The position numbers and the translations under genes are program-made. A stretch of 64,000 nucleotides of DNA from Paragordius varius (Eukaryota; Animalia; Nematomorpha). Under the pieces are notes generated by a model. It was not told the origin of the DNA. It saw only the letters and a list, made by a program, of their open reading frames with translations, and searched no databases. This document shows, one piece after another, positions 35,401 to 48,900 of the stretch; the first letter of the stretch is position 1, and each line of letters starts with the position of its first letter. The stretch is taken from contig OZ176051.1 in assembly GCA_964247055.1 (NCBI GenBank), positions 7,750,001-7,814,000 of the forward strand, given 5' to 3'.

Positions 35401-37657
35401 AACCGTAAACGATGCTTAGGTTTTTATTACAGTGGGTGTGGCGGAAACGATAATAATTTTTTATCTCTTTCACACTGTGAAAAAACTTGTGAAGCAGGTA
35501 TTTGTTAAATTTTGATTGGGTAACTTATGGCAGACCCATATATTATAAACATAGGTTAAAGGATAAATAATTACAATTGCAAACAGTGAATAAATGCACA
35601 TTATTAATTTTAATTACTTTTACCATTTACAATTTAAATTCATCCTTAAACAATTCAAATTCACCCTTGAACAATTAAAATTCACCCTCGAACAATTCAT
35701 ATTTACCCTCAAATAAATTATATGTTTTTTATGATTAAAATTTACCTATATATTTATATATTTTTGATAAATAAAATTATGCTTTAAATTAAAATAATAT
35801 TGAAAAAATATTAAACTATGCCCTAAAGATGTATTTCATATTAACAATGAGTTATATTAGTTCAAAAACACATAATTTATTTTTAGGGTGAATTTGAATT
35901 TTTCAAGAATAATTTGAGTAAATGGTATATTTATTATCCATATCGTTTAATCAGTGACGATTTTGAATTGTAAGAGACAACCTTTAATTTAAGCAATTAA
36001 GGTTAATATATCTCTTTTATTTTATGGGGTTGTCCACTAATTTTAAATATTAATCAGATAAGTTAGGTAGAATTGCATTAAATTCACGTTGGACTGCATA
36101 AACTCATAAATTATAATAATTTACATACTATTGTAGATATAAATTAATGGCATTTGTTAAAATTTATTAATGCTAACACTTATTAATTATGTAGAAACAA
36201 CTTTTCCATGCTTCCTTTCCCCAAAAATTGGTTATTGCTCGCATTTTGAATCAAAATATTTTTTCAGTCACACAACTTCAAGGTGTGAAAGCTTTTGGTA
36301 TTCAGGGTGTGGTGGAAATGAAAATAGGTTTGAAAGTTTTGAAGAATGTACACAAATATGCGATATTATCGGTATGATTATCATACTTATTATTTTGATA
36401 TTTCTATTTCAGAATTTTTTAGTTATTTTATAAAAAATCTGATATTGTTTAGAAAGCGTTTGCACTCTTAAACCCGATCCGGGTAACGGAACAACTATAC
36501 ATATTCGGTTTTATTACGACACCACTTTGAAAAGATGCCAACAATTCCTATACTCTGGGGAAAATGGGAATGGAAATAAATTCAAATCCGAAATTGAGTG
36601 CATGAAACGATGTTCGGGTAGACTAAAAATATAAATTTTTATTATGTATTTTTAGTTCATAAGGAAAAATTGATGAAACGAAATTATAATAGTTATTTTT
36701 GCTTATAAAATATTACTTTTAGGCCATTAATTGGTCAAAATATTTAACGGGTCAGCTGCGTTTTTCGTATTATTCTCTAATAATTCTTTAGGTAATTATG
36801 CAAGATTGGGTGAAATATCTATCATGTGTGCAAGTTATGACTTCAGTTACAAAGAATGTGATCTTGGGGTCCCCATCGTGGGGATAGAGATTGAATCTCA
36901 ACTTTCCATATTTTCGTGCATTCCTGAAATAACTTATGGAATACTGGGAGGAAAAATATGGGTTTTCCAAGGTTGTACAGCTCGGTTCAAGGTTAAAACG
37001 TTGGGTATGTTACCCATTTCCTCGTATTCTCTTACCACGGATGACAATTACATTCCACACCCCTCGTATAAAACAGCGACTACAAAATATTGGCCAAAAC
37101 ATGCGCAACCTCACAAAGGTGAGGAAACGCATAAATATACAACACCAGCAATTTATGACGCAAATGTACGGCATTTCAGCAAGTCATGGATAGCTCCACC
37201 CGGAAATACCCCGTTTCCACACTTCTTTAATGGGCCTTCTTCACCCAATGACTTTGGGAAAAAATCTTATGTTTCCTCGAAACAGGACACTTTTGCGACA
37301 AACAAATCCTCTATATACCATTATTCTGATAACAGACGACAAGATTATGCTTATGCACATATCCACAATGCGATCGAACAAACAAAAAATAATTATCCTA
37401 GCGTACCAAATACGATTAACCCTTGGAGTAGCGGGAGTAAAGGACCAATCCCAAGTTTATATGAATTAGTTACCTGCGCTTCAAATGCACCCGAAGAACT
37501 CCAAATATGTCCGCTATCTGATTCAGTGGTTAGAATCAATCTATACACGGAATTATCGAACGACGTTTGCGTAGAGGGTAAAACTTTCGGGAGACAAACT
37601 AATAATCTTTGGGTTTTTAATGGCTGCCAAGCCCAATTTATGGTGTGGAAACAATGA
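29290..37657 (+). CDS. Probably secreted mosaic protein: 7 DUF3011-like repeats plus 3 Kunitz/BPTI domains, 1411 aa
   Basis: Exons 29290-29389, 29477-29600, 30444-32730, 33060-33162, 33248-33484, 35321-35497, 36195-36371, 36453-36617, 36792-37657; all GT-AG, phases consistent, 4236 nt. Hydrophobic N-terminal stretch LIFILTWVLFQYPIVSS; repeat pattern C.S....C...I..I.L..QLS..C....TYG....IWV..GC.A.F; Kunitz pattern C...G.C.....RYYY....C..F.YSGCGGN.N.F....C...C. Confidence 0.85.
29645..29766. repeat. Degenerate MITE remnant related to 25994-26739, in intron 2
   Basis: GGAACGGTTTCATTGGG matches AACCGGTTTCATTGGG in the MITE; ends ...GAAGCCCTG. Confidence 0.3.
33607..35118 (-). mobile_element. Non-autonomous Helitron with internal tandem array, in intron 5 of the DUF3011-Kunitz gene
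   Basis: Element strand A|TCTATATA... to hairpins and CTAG|T; array anchors GTGACTCGACTA at 34026, 34334, 34811. Confidence 0.85.
36453..36617 (+). CDS. Third Kunitz exon, not in the ORF track (four-cysteine variant)
   Basis: ESVCTLKPDPGNGTTIHIRFYYDTTLKRCQQFLYSGENGNGNKFKSEIECMKRCS; phase-1 AG/GT borders like the other two Kunitz exons. Confidence 0.85.
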
Positions 37658-38587
37658 TATCGATTTATAATTATATCAATATCATTAATACCAATATATA
37701 ATGAAAAGATTAATAAAATAAATTTATTATATAAATTTCAACACTTAAAGCGTTAACATATCTTTGATTGTAGGTATGCATTCTTTTGTGTTAGAATTGA
37801 TGGTATGGTTATACAAATTTCTGATAAATTCATTGAAGCTAAAAGAGAAAATTTTTGTTATATATTTGGCAATACATATAAACAAAAATTATAATTTAAA
37901 ACACTTACTCAGTTTCGTAATTGGGTGTTGGTTTAAGATGCGAAAGCATAAAAAGACTGACTTCTAACATTACATATAAAAGTGTAAATGTTTGACTTTC
38001 CAAATATATTTCGGGGCGGCCTTGGCTTATTTCTTGACGAGTATTTATTTTAGATAAAACTGGTTCCAAACCAGATTGATGCATAGATATATCTAATTGT
38101 AATCAAGAGTTTAAAAAATAACTGCGTTTTAATTTAAACAATTTAACATTTTTTAAAAATTCATATACTTTTATCGGATGTTGCGGCATATAAAATTTGA
38201 ATTTGTTCAACGACCATATTAAAATCATTCAGCAAAATTGCAAATCGTGTTTCATACAATGGAACAACTTTCCTATAAAAAATAATTTTAGGCACAAACT
38301 TTTTTTACAAAACAAGCAATAACTAAATTAGTTTTATATATATAATAAATTTAATAGTTTAACCTTTCGAGTAATCTGATATGGTAAAATCGAAATTGGA
38401 CAAAACGTAAAAATATAAAGATAGATATTTTTTCTAAAAGACAACCCTACTTTTAATCATAAAATCATTTCAATATATTTTACAATTTTTATTAAATGCT
38501 TTTAATGGGATAAATTAAGGTTTAAAAAAATACGGTGTTTAGAAAAAAATTGTTTATATATTTTTACGTTTTATCTGTATAACTGCT

Positions 38588-41500
38588 TCAATTTTTACTA
38601 TAATATACAATGTTTATAAAAAACCGTGGTATAATATATCTTATGTTGAAAAATAAATATAATATATTCAAACGAAGCACCAAAAATAATATTGAAGAAA
38701 AATTATACTCTTTAAGACATTTCTTATAGCTTGTTAACCAAATCTCTGTGATAAGGTTCCAAACACAAGGTACCACAAATTCAAGCAAACATTTTAGCGA
38801 TAGAGTTGGACCCACAGAAACAGCTAAGAGTGTTTGTAAGTTCAATCGTAAAAGTAATTTATCATTATCTCCTCCAGGCGCAAAATCATTACTAATTTGA
38901 GGATTCCTGAGAGGTTTTACGCCCCACGCATTCGGTTTATTATCAACAATGAGTGTTGGCCTTAGGGGAATATTAACTTTGTGATTGGGTACCTCAAATC
39001 CCCATACCAGCTGTGAGAGTACGTAATTTATGTCATATGTAATGAGACAAATAAGTGCATAGCATGTGAAGGGTGATTCCAAAAGAACTTGAATTGATAA
39101 CACACTTTCCATGAGGTGATGAGCAATAACCTATCGTGAACATAATATTTTAATTGATAAAAATCTTTCATAAAACATGTACCATGTAATAAGGTAGTAA
39201 TTTATATCAGCAAGTATCGAATTAAGTAGGAATAGTTTTATTAAAATTTGAGAAATTTTAATGTAAACATTAATAAAAATGTTAAACGCGCTTCGTTAGT
39301 AAGGACACACCTTTTTCGGTTTTATTAAGAGAATTTGTATGGTTTATAGCGTTCCATAATTATAGAAACATTGGAAAAGGTGTTGAATAAACTAAAAGTC
39401 AAAAAATTGTGGCGCCTTACTGATGTTAACAAGCATATTGTGACTTTTAACTAGATATTTTATGGATCTTTAAATTTTTTTAAATTTAATTATTGTCTTA
39501 TAATAATAATACCTTTTGTAAATGGAAATAAGTATCAATATCATCAATGATTGTCCTAGGTGAAATATATTCGGTAATGCATTTTTGTTGCATAGATTCA
39601 ACAAACGTTTTATAATCATTGTGAATGAAGGATCTGAATTGTTTTTCATTTTGCATTTTTGTGTTTTCCTTAAATTTCATGGCTAATGCCTGAGTCTGTT
39701 GGATTATGGACATATAGGTGTCATATCTTTCTTTCAAACATTTATTATTGTTGATTAAAATTGAATCTCCATTAATTTTATATTCAGCATTTAGCATTTG
39801 TAAATTTATCTCGATAGCAAAAGACACTGTAGTAAACCATTTCAAAATATTTTCTTCGAGGGCGTTCCCCCCTAAACCACAATAAAATATATGTTTTAGT
39901 TAAATTTTAAATTATTTTAGAAAAATTTTAATTACCTTCGGTTATAACTAGCAAGCGATCTTTAATCATCCTTAAATTTTTGGATGTTTGTTGGGGACAA
40001 CGGGAGAAAGAATGATAATAGTCACTGATAATAAGCAAAAGTGAACTCCTTATATCATCTAGAATTAGAATAAATTAGTTCACAAAAAAGAGGCTAATAT
40101 TTGATTCTTCATATATTTTTAAAATAAAATTGTTTAATATTTATAAAAAAGAACAAATTGTATAATGTAATAATCCCTGTCATTTAAGGAAAATTAATTA
40201 TTAATTAAAATAAACTCTTTATCTCTTAGTTGTAAGGAAGAATTTAAAATACGGCAAGAATTTGTTAATTTAAAATGCAAAACTCAAAACCAGTTTTAAA
40301 ACATAAATCGCCAGTAAATTATCATAAGATGAAAGGGTTCAAAGTTAATCTCAAAATGAGAAACGGATGTGTTTTTAGTTTTTGCAAAACAAAATTATTT
40401 TTATGAGATAGTAAAAAATCATGAAATAAATAAAATTACCTGGATAATTATGTATTAACTTTTGAGAAAAATAAAAAGCTGAGTCAACATCTCCCAAAAT
40501 TAGATATATTGCAGTAATCAACCATTCTGCATCCTAAGCAAATAATAATAATAATTAATGATTATAAATACATTTATCTAGGATAAAGCCAATATTTTGA
40601 TAAAAAAGTAAGTACCCTATCATATCTCTTAAAAGATTCCTTAATCATTGTACTGTATTTTGCAATCAAACTATATCCGTGGTTACATGTAATTTGATTA
40701 CGTGATAATAAAATTTCTAAAATTTCAATCGGTAAAATCGGTGTAGATTGTATTAAGTTAGGGGACATTGGTATTCTCATAGAGTATTGTAAAATACAAT
40801 TTTCCATATATCCCTATTCAGTATCGTGCAAAAATGTTTATATCTTGAAAAAATATATATATATTTTAGAATATCAAGATGACAGATATTTAAAAATAAC
40901 AACTAATAATTGTCACGTTTTAGGTTAAAAAACTAAAATAAGTTAAAAAATAAAACCTGCAAAAATGTTAGCAAATATTTAGCATATAGGGTTTGTGATT
41001 GTCGACTTTCTTGATTGCCCATTAAAACTTCTGCAAATGTTTTGCCCAAACTCTCTATTCTGTGCATCAGGGTTTGTGGAAAAGTTTTACAAATTGAACA
41101 CCATTTTTGATATTGTACAAATGGATTAGGACTAAATTATATGTGCAAAATAATTTTTTTGCAGATAAATATATGAATAATAATATATCTCTAAATCTAA
41201 TGAATAATCTTTGAAGATCCGTGCCAAATTTTGATAGCTAAAGATAAAATTAAAAACTATATGTGCAACCGTGATTATCATTGTTCAATACGACATGCAC
41301 TAAATAGTTTATATATATAATATATATATATATATATACCTATCATTGGATATACAGTATGAGTAAGTATACATTACTAGAAAGTTATTAATTATTGCCA
41401 AATAACATATATAACACAGGGCAGTATTATTGGCTAATAATAGTAAAAAATGAAAAAAACTATTAGCCATTAATACTGCCCTTTTTTATATATACTATTT

Positions 41501-42867
41501 GGCGATAATTACTAACTTTCTAACAATGTATACTTTTACTCATACTGTAATATAATCTTTAAAGTTAGATAGTATTATTTAATAAATCCATGTCAATTTT
41601 AGATTCCTTGCATAAATAAATAAATAAAAGATAAAAATATAACTTTATATGTAAAAATATGTACTTTATGTAAAAACTAATCATTTGACAAACTATGATA
41701 GCAAGGTTCCCATAATAATCTTTGATTAAGGGTAAAATGTCCAAATTAGTAATCGTAGGTATCGGTACTTTTTGCATGATAGTTACTTTAGAAAATTCGG
41801 ATGGATCAAACTGTTTTTTGGGATGGCGACTCCTTTGATTATTCCTCTTATCAGGCCCCAAAGTGTTTTGTCCATTATCTAATGGTGTTAATGGTGGTGG
41901 TTCATACCTAGAAATATATATATATGCATGTATATATATTTGAAGGTAACAAAAAAAATTAATCCAATTTTCGAAACATTTTTTATTTTTAATTATGATG
42001 TTAGTTAAACAAACTTTAGCAGGATTATAAACATCTCGATGTTTAATATGTTTTAAGTGTAAAAATATAATATATGGGGGACAAATATTTAAGGCATGAA
42101 TACATATATAAATATGTATGTCCATGACTATGCCCATTCAAATATAAGTTATATAGAGTCTTTAAATGAAATTCATAATTAAAATCAGAGTAAAAACGGT
42201 TCGAAACATATTTCCCTATGTGAAACAGTAACCCAAAAAATATTTTGATTAATTTGTTGAATGGGTCGGTCAAAGACTCTAAATGCATTCGTGACGGTAA
42301 TTGGACCATTTATTAAAACTGCCCAAATATTTTAATATATATTTAACACATGGTATTATTTAAATATTATGCTGTTATAAAATTTTAATTACAATATTCT
42401 CAAAATGTGAAAATAAGAATTTATCACTTCTTTATTCTTGGTCAATAACAATTTTATTAATATTATTAATGCTAATACGTTAGTTAATTTACTTTTTATA
42501 TAATTACTTATGTCTTGCCAATTGTAGCATAAACAATTTGTAACCATAAATGACTGCACATTTAAAAGTTATCAGCTATTATTTTATCTAAACTGGTTAA
42601 AAATTCAATTAATAGCATACATGTTAATTAAAATCTTGTAGATTTGAGTATGATTCAAAAACGCGTGTGGCAAATTTTGGTGTTCGTATGAAAGTGTGGC
42701 CAAAACAAACGTAATGAATGTCAATAATTTGCTTTTTATGATGGCATCAGTTGCTGGCTTTAATGTTTGAGTGATGCGATCATTGGTATCCATGTATTTG
42801 TAAAAATGAGTGGACAATAAAACTGCACACAAAAAAACAAGATACTAAATCTAATTTTTAATGAATG

Positions 42868-42911
<44 letters not shown>

Positions 42912-45900
42912 GATATTAACCCTAAATAGATAGAGTTTATCTGTGAAAAATTAATAAATATGAATCAATTAACATACGATGTTTCAGAAAGTATTTTATT
43001 TTTTTCTGAATTGGAGTGTAAACTAAATAATAAAATTTAAATTATCAATGCCCTCGGATACTTTGATACTTTATTATCATTCTTAAATATTTCTTGTTTA
43101 TATTACTGATCATCTATAAAATATCGAAAAACATGTGTAAATATCTTAAATAAGAAATATTCGAGATAGATTTTTTATATAGCACAATTAAAATAGGTTA
43201 GCATAATAGCAATGCTTCCCCAATAAATTAGTATTAGAGCCCATTTTTATGGTTAATTTATACTTTGTTGGGAATATTTCCAATGTTTGATAATTTCAGG
43301 TTGAAGTTCAGGACACTTTTCACGATCATGAAATAAAGAAATGCTTAATTGCAACAAGACATTATTAGCCCAATCGCATTCTTCGCTATATTTTTATAAA
43401 ATATTATGCAATAAAAAATGTCAGATATTTGTGAAAAACATTGGAAAACTCATAAAAATTATTTTATCAGTCAAAAGTAAGGATGATGTCCAACACGCTT
43501 TTTTTCGTGCGCAAAATTGCTCTTAAAAATGTTAAAAAAATTTACGATTGTGTAAGGTTATATATATATATATATATAGATATGTGTGTTGTGATAAGAA
43601 TTAAAAATACTTTATGAATGGTAGTCCATATAACTTTTCCGTAAAGTGTATGTAAGATAAAAGAAGTAAAAATAAATCAACTTCCACGCGTAAAAGCGTT
43701 TCGTTATCGACTAATTTATCTAGGATAAATAAACATAACTTGCATTAAACAAAAATTCATTCATACTTTAAATAAAATCAATTAAAGTTGGATTATAATA
43801 TAATATAAAAATAATAGTTATTTGATGTTTATAGATAAATGTTAACAAAAAAACCTTCAGATATAGAAGATGAAATATTTTTATAGTTTTGAAGACCCAT
43901 TAGTAGACAATGTGAATATAAATGGAAGTATCGATTAAGCTGTTTGTAAAACATTTTAATTTCATTTGTCTGTGCTCCGTCTTCAATCATGGTTTGAAAT
44001 TGCTTTGTAATAATTTTCAATTGATTATGATATTTTTCGCATAACAAATTAGTATTCGTAGTGAGGTCCATGTTTTCGGATACATTGAATTGACCATGCA
44101 AATTATTTCCAGTCAAAAAAACTGTCAAAGCTCTATAAATGCAAGAAATAAAAGTGTAAATTTATAGAACAATTCCGTAATATATAGTTTGATATCTGCA
44201 ATAAAGATCTTCATCATGTTATTTATTATATTTGTTGACCGATATGATATCAAAATTTATAAACATGATATATTTTTTTAAAATTACAACAAAATATTAC
44301 AATGTTAATTTAATAATAGTTAACCATTGTATATAAATGTGATTACATTCTTCAGTAGCGTATGGCATAAAACATTATTAGTACATAAAAAATGTTAGTT
44401 GTTGTGCATAACCATAATATCACCTTGTTTTTTCTAAAAAAACATTTTTTTATTCTTTTATGGACTCATATTATTTTATACCATACGCTGCTGTAAAACA
44501 TTATTAGGGAGAATATCATATATTTTGCTCAAGAAAAGGTATCATAGAGAAAGTATAAAAAACTTATTTATGTTATGAAAATTTAAGCATTGTTTAGTGA
44601 TAAATTAAGTAAAAAATAATGCGTTCGTTCGTATGAGCAACATACTTTCCAGCTAAGTATATAATATCGCGTTCCAAAAATGCCATTTGACCATCACTTG
44701 AATGTAATGGTGTGTAAAACATAAAAGGCTGCTGTAAACCCTTGAGCATAAGGTAAAGTTGAACGTATACGTAATAGAACTCAGGATTAGTTTGATGTCT
44801 GCACATAAAAATAATTTTAACGCATTTTTCATTATCTTTTTTGACACAGTGTAAATGGATCCATGCAAAAACAAACAGTTTTAAATTTTTTAAATTCTAA
44901 TTCCCATATTTTTTACTTATGACCATGATTTCATACAGTTTCATTTAGCTAAAACTTCATCAATAATTTTTATTCCAGAATCAGTTGTAGGGCAATTTTC
45001 TCTTGGTAATTTTTATCCGACCCGCACACACAATTCCTCCATAAAAAACATTTTAAAACACAAATTTATTCAGCCACAAAATTCGTTTAAAATGTTTCAT
45101 TTATTGATAAATCTATAGTTAAATTCAAATATAAACGCTCCTATCTTTCCTTTACTATTAATATATAATTTATGTCAAAATATAAATTGTTAACCTAGAG
45201 GCTATTTTAACCATAGCTTCAAGTTGAATAGCAGTATAATTATGGACACGATCTTTACGAATCCGATCTCTTAGGCCCACAAAATGTTGATGCAAATCCA
45301 AAGTTTCGTATTCCGTCCCATCTAAGTTTTCCCAATTTTTTTTATTTTCATCTTTTTGAGATGCGTTGTTATTGTTGATTGCATTTACTTTTTCTGAAGA
45401 ATTATTCAATTTTTTTGTCCCGTGATTTTGGTTTTCGGACATTAAAAATGTGTCATCGGATGATGAACATAAGCAGTAAAGTTTAAGCAAAACTTTACCA
45501 CAGTTTAAAATGTTATAGGGCTAAATTATTATGTAATGTATATGGGTAAAAATTTATTAAACTTAACAAATTCACCAAAAATTAACTAATGGTTCAATTT
45601 TTTATATAATAGTTTCAAGTCTTTTTTTTCTAACTGATTCTTGATTACAGATATATATTTCGTGTATTATTTTTTAATATCGATTGAACATAAAAAAAAT
45701 ATATATTAATTTATAGTTATAGCCTTAAAATATATGTCCAAAATTATTTTATATTGTTAATTTTTAGTAAAAACAATTAAAATAAAAAAAATAAATGCAA
45801 AAATTAAACAAATTACATTGTAGATGAAGGAATAGGTATGTTGATACAAATCTATGGCTTCTTCTAAATTATGACCTAACATTTCGGCCAATGTTGCTTG

Positions 45901-48900
45901 GCCCATCCATGAAAAGGGGTATTTAGGGTCATTAATTTGTGCCTTAGTAAATGATTCATTTGCAAGCTATATATTAGTGGTAAATTTGAAAATTAAAATG
46001 TTAATTTTGGGTCTAAAAATAAATATCGATGCGATGAATTATTTTGTCAAAGATCATTTTTTATCATATAATTCAAAAATTTTACAGCATTAGCATTAAA
46101 CAAAGGATATAGTTTATGTCATATGATTAAGTTTACTTAAAATCTCATTAAGAATTCATTATTAAAAAACTTAATGAAATTACTCATTTTACAATTTTTA
46201 GCACAAATGTTTTTTTATATTATTGGACTCTAAGAAATTACGCCTCTACGGGCACATTCTAAGGCGAGTCATTACATCCGAAAATTATCGAAGATATAAT
46301 TTTTAGCAAAAGATAAGCCACTTGTCTTGATGTTAGAATAAAAAAAATTAAACCTAGGTAGCGTCCCTCCAAAGACCGATTATATATATAGGGTCCTAAA
46401 ATTATACAAACAACTTTTTTAAGATATTTTTGTCTCAAATCGACCGTTTTTTAAGCTAACTATAATTGGTCAAACTTAGCATACTAATGGCAAATAATAT
46501 TTACTTTTCCTTCGCCTTTCATCAAATATAAAATCCCCAGATTGGAGGCAAACATCGGTTCATTGGGCGCAATATCAATGCTTCGTTGAAAAGATTGCAA
46601 TGAAATATTATTTTCGCTTTCTTGTTCTAGTAAAGCCAACAAAAATATCATAATATATGATTTAAAAAAAGATTTATTATATATAAATATCTTACTTGTT
46701 TCAGTTGTGACAGCCAATATGCCAAGTATATTAATGGCCCAGGGGTCATTAGGATGTAATTCAATGAAAGTTTTGAGTAATCTATTTAATAAATATAATT
46801 TATCTAAAATTGATGATAAATTCGATTGTATGGTAAATTTTTCTTTTAAAAAAATGATTCAAAAAGGTATTATTATTTTGGCCCAGATACTGGGATTCTA
46901 TGGATTAATAAAGAAACAAAGATATCTCTATCTTTGTTGCGTTTCTTGGGAACAAATCTTGTTCTACGATTTGAGTCGAAGTTGTTTTAGGCCTCACTTT
47001 TCGGTTGGGGGCAGGGATATGTACTCAATAATATCTTCAGCAGATGAGTCCATGCTAGATCAGTCTAAATGGCCAAAATAACAAAGTCTTTTTGTTCTGA
47101 TAAAAGCTCTTATTGGTTCTATTTCAGTTATAATAGTATTTATCTTCTTATGTTTTAGCATTCTGATTCTTTTAAATCTTTATTAATGATTTTGTGATGG
47201 TAGGGCAGACACCGACTTTATATGTTTTAATTTTTTTCGGATAAGTCTTTATGTGTTAATAGATATTTGAATTGGTTAAATTTTGGCCAGCCGAGTTTGA
47301 TATTATGTGATGGTTGTTTGAGCATCCCCATTTACTGATATTACATAGATAGGTGAAAATGTTCACAATTTCGAGCCTAAAATTTCCTATAATAAACTCC
47401 TAGGTATGTTTAGTTTACCCATTATGAAGCTTTGGCATTTAAAATTATTATTGTCAATTGATTTTTCTTTCAGGCCAGTGCATTTTTTATAAGCCCATAT
47501 TTTACAAGATGCACATAAAATGGCATTAGTTTTAACTTCGGTGTGGCAGATAGAGCATAAATATTAGTTATGTTTTATCCCCTGTAATTAATATTTTTGT
47601 TCTTTCTACATTTATTTTTTTAAATACAACTGGCTCAGATTCTTTAAGATAAAACAATATAAATATATTATTTTTGGGACGTTTTTAAACATTCTACTTA
47701 GGAATAGTCATTAAAAACCATTTCATTAACCGTAGTTTTAGGCTATAATTATATACAAAGATTTGGATAGCAAGTATAAATATATATTAATACGGCTATG
47801 GAAAAATGCTTAGATAACATCAGATAAATAAATTAGAAAATATTATCCATATTTTTTACAAACCTAAACGTCAATGGTATAAAACTTAAAGAGTCTGTAG
47901 CTTTAAGTGATGTTGGAATTTGCAATTCAAGTTTTGGACACAATTTCCATAAAGCCAATAAATCCGGGGATGGTTGGCAAGATAAATTTAATTTTTTAGT
48001 CTCGGCTTCCATTTTGACCAATAACATAAGAGCATTGAATACTTTTAACCATAAACCACGATTGTTTGGTAGGATTTGTAATGCTATAGTAAGGGATCTA
48101 TAAGCAAAAAAAATAATAAAACTTGTGAAAAAACATTATAAGTAAAAAAAGATTTTATCGTTTAAATTTGTCATAATCATACATTAAGTACATTAATATG
48201 ACCAATCTAAAAACGATGATCAATTTTAATAGTCAGATTATTAACTTTTACATTTTACACTAAGGAATAATCAAGACAATGCATGTTCTAACTTTAAATT
48301 TAATAAAAAATTACCGAAAAACTTTTTAAATTAGGGTAATGATAAAATATATAAAAAAATACTTTAAATTTATGAGCATTAAATCGATTAGCGTAAATGA
48401 ATAGGAGACACATCCTTTGACATTATCATTATTTATTGCAATAGTTATCAAGGGTATAATTTCATCTTTTTTGGTTGCGTTTAAATATATTGGAAGTGTT
48501 TGTAGCAAACAACACCCTTTAGATAAAAGTAACCAGTATTTTATCCATTCCGCCATTTTTGGTTGTTGCGATATCTAAAATAGACACAAAAAATAACGTT
48601 ATAACACGGTAATAAATGATAATTTATTCATATGTAGCATGAAAATTGAATTACGAAAAATAAATCTGTATGTATAAAATATATCATTTCTCTAAAACAT
48701 GAAAAAAGAAAAATTTGTTGGTAAACTAAATAAGGCCCTCTACAAAATGTTAAATTTAAAAAGTAATTTATGTAACAAATTGGATTTATGGTTAAGATAA
48801 TTGACATTAAAATGGACCCCGGCTTATAATAATCGCAATTGTGGCAAGGTCACATGATACGAGTCATCTGACCCTTTTATAAACATATGAATTAAATTTT

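Noticed and set aside
46707-47081. Plus-strand 124-aa ORF, and the antisense ORFs within the DUF3011 and LINE exons
   Set aside because: They are shadows of real coding sequence on the opposite strand or in another frame.
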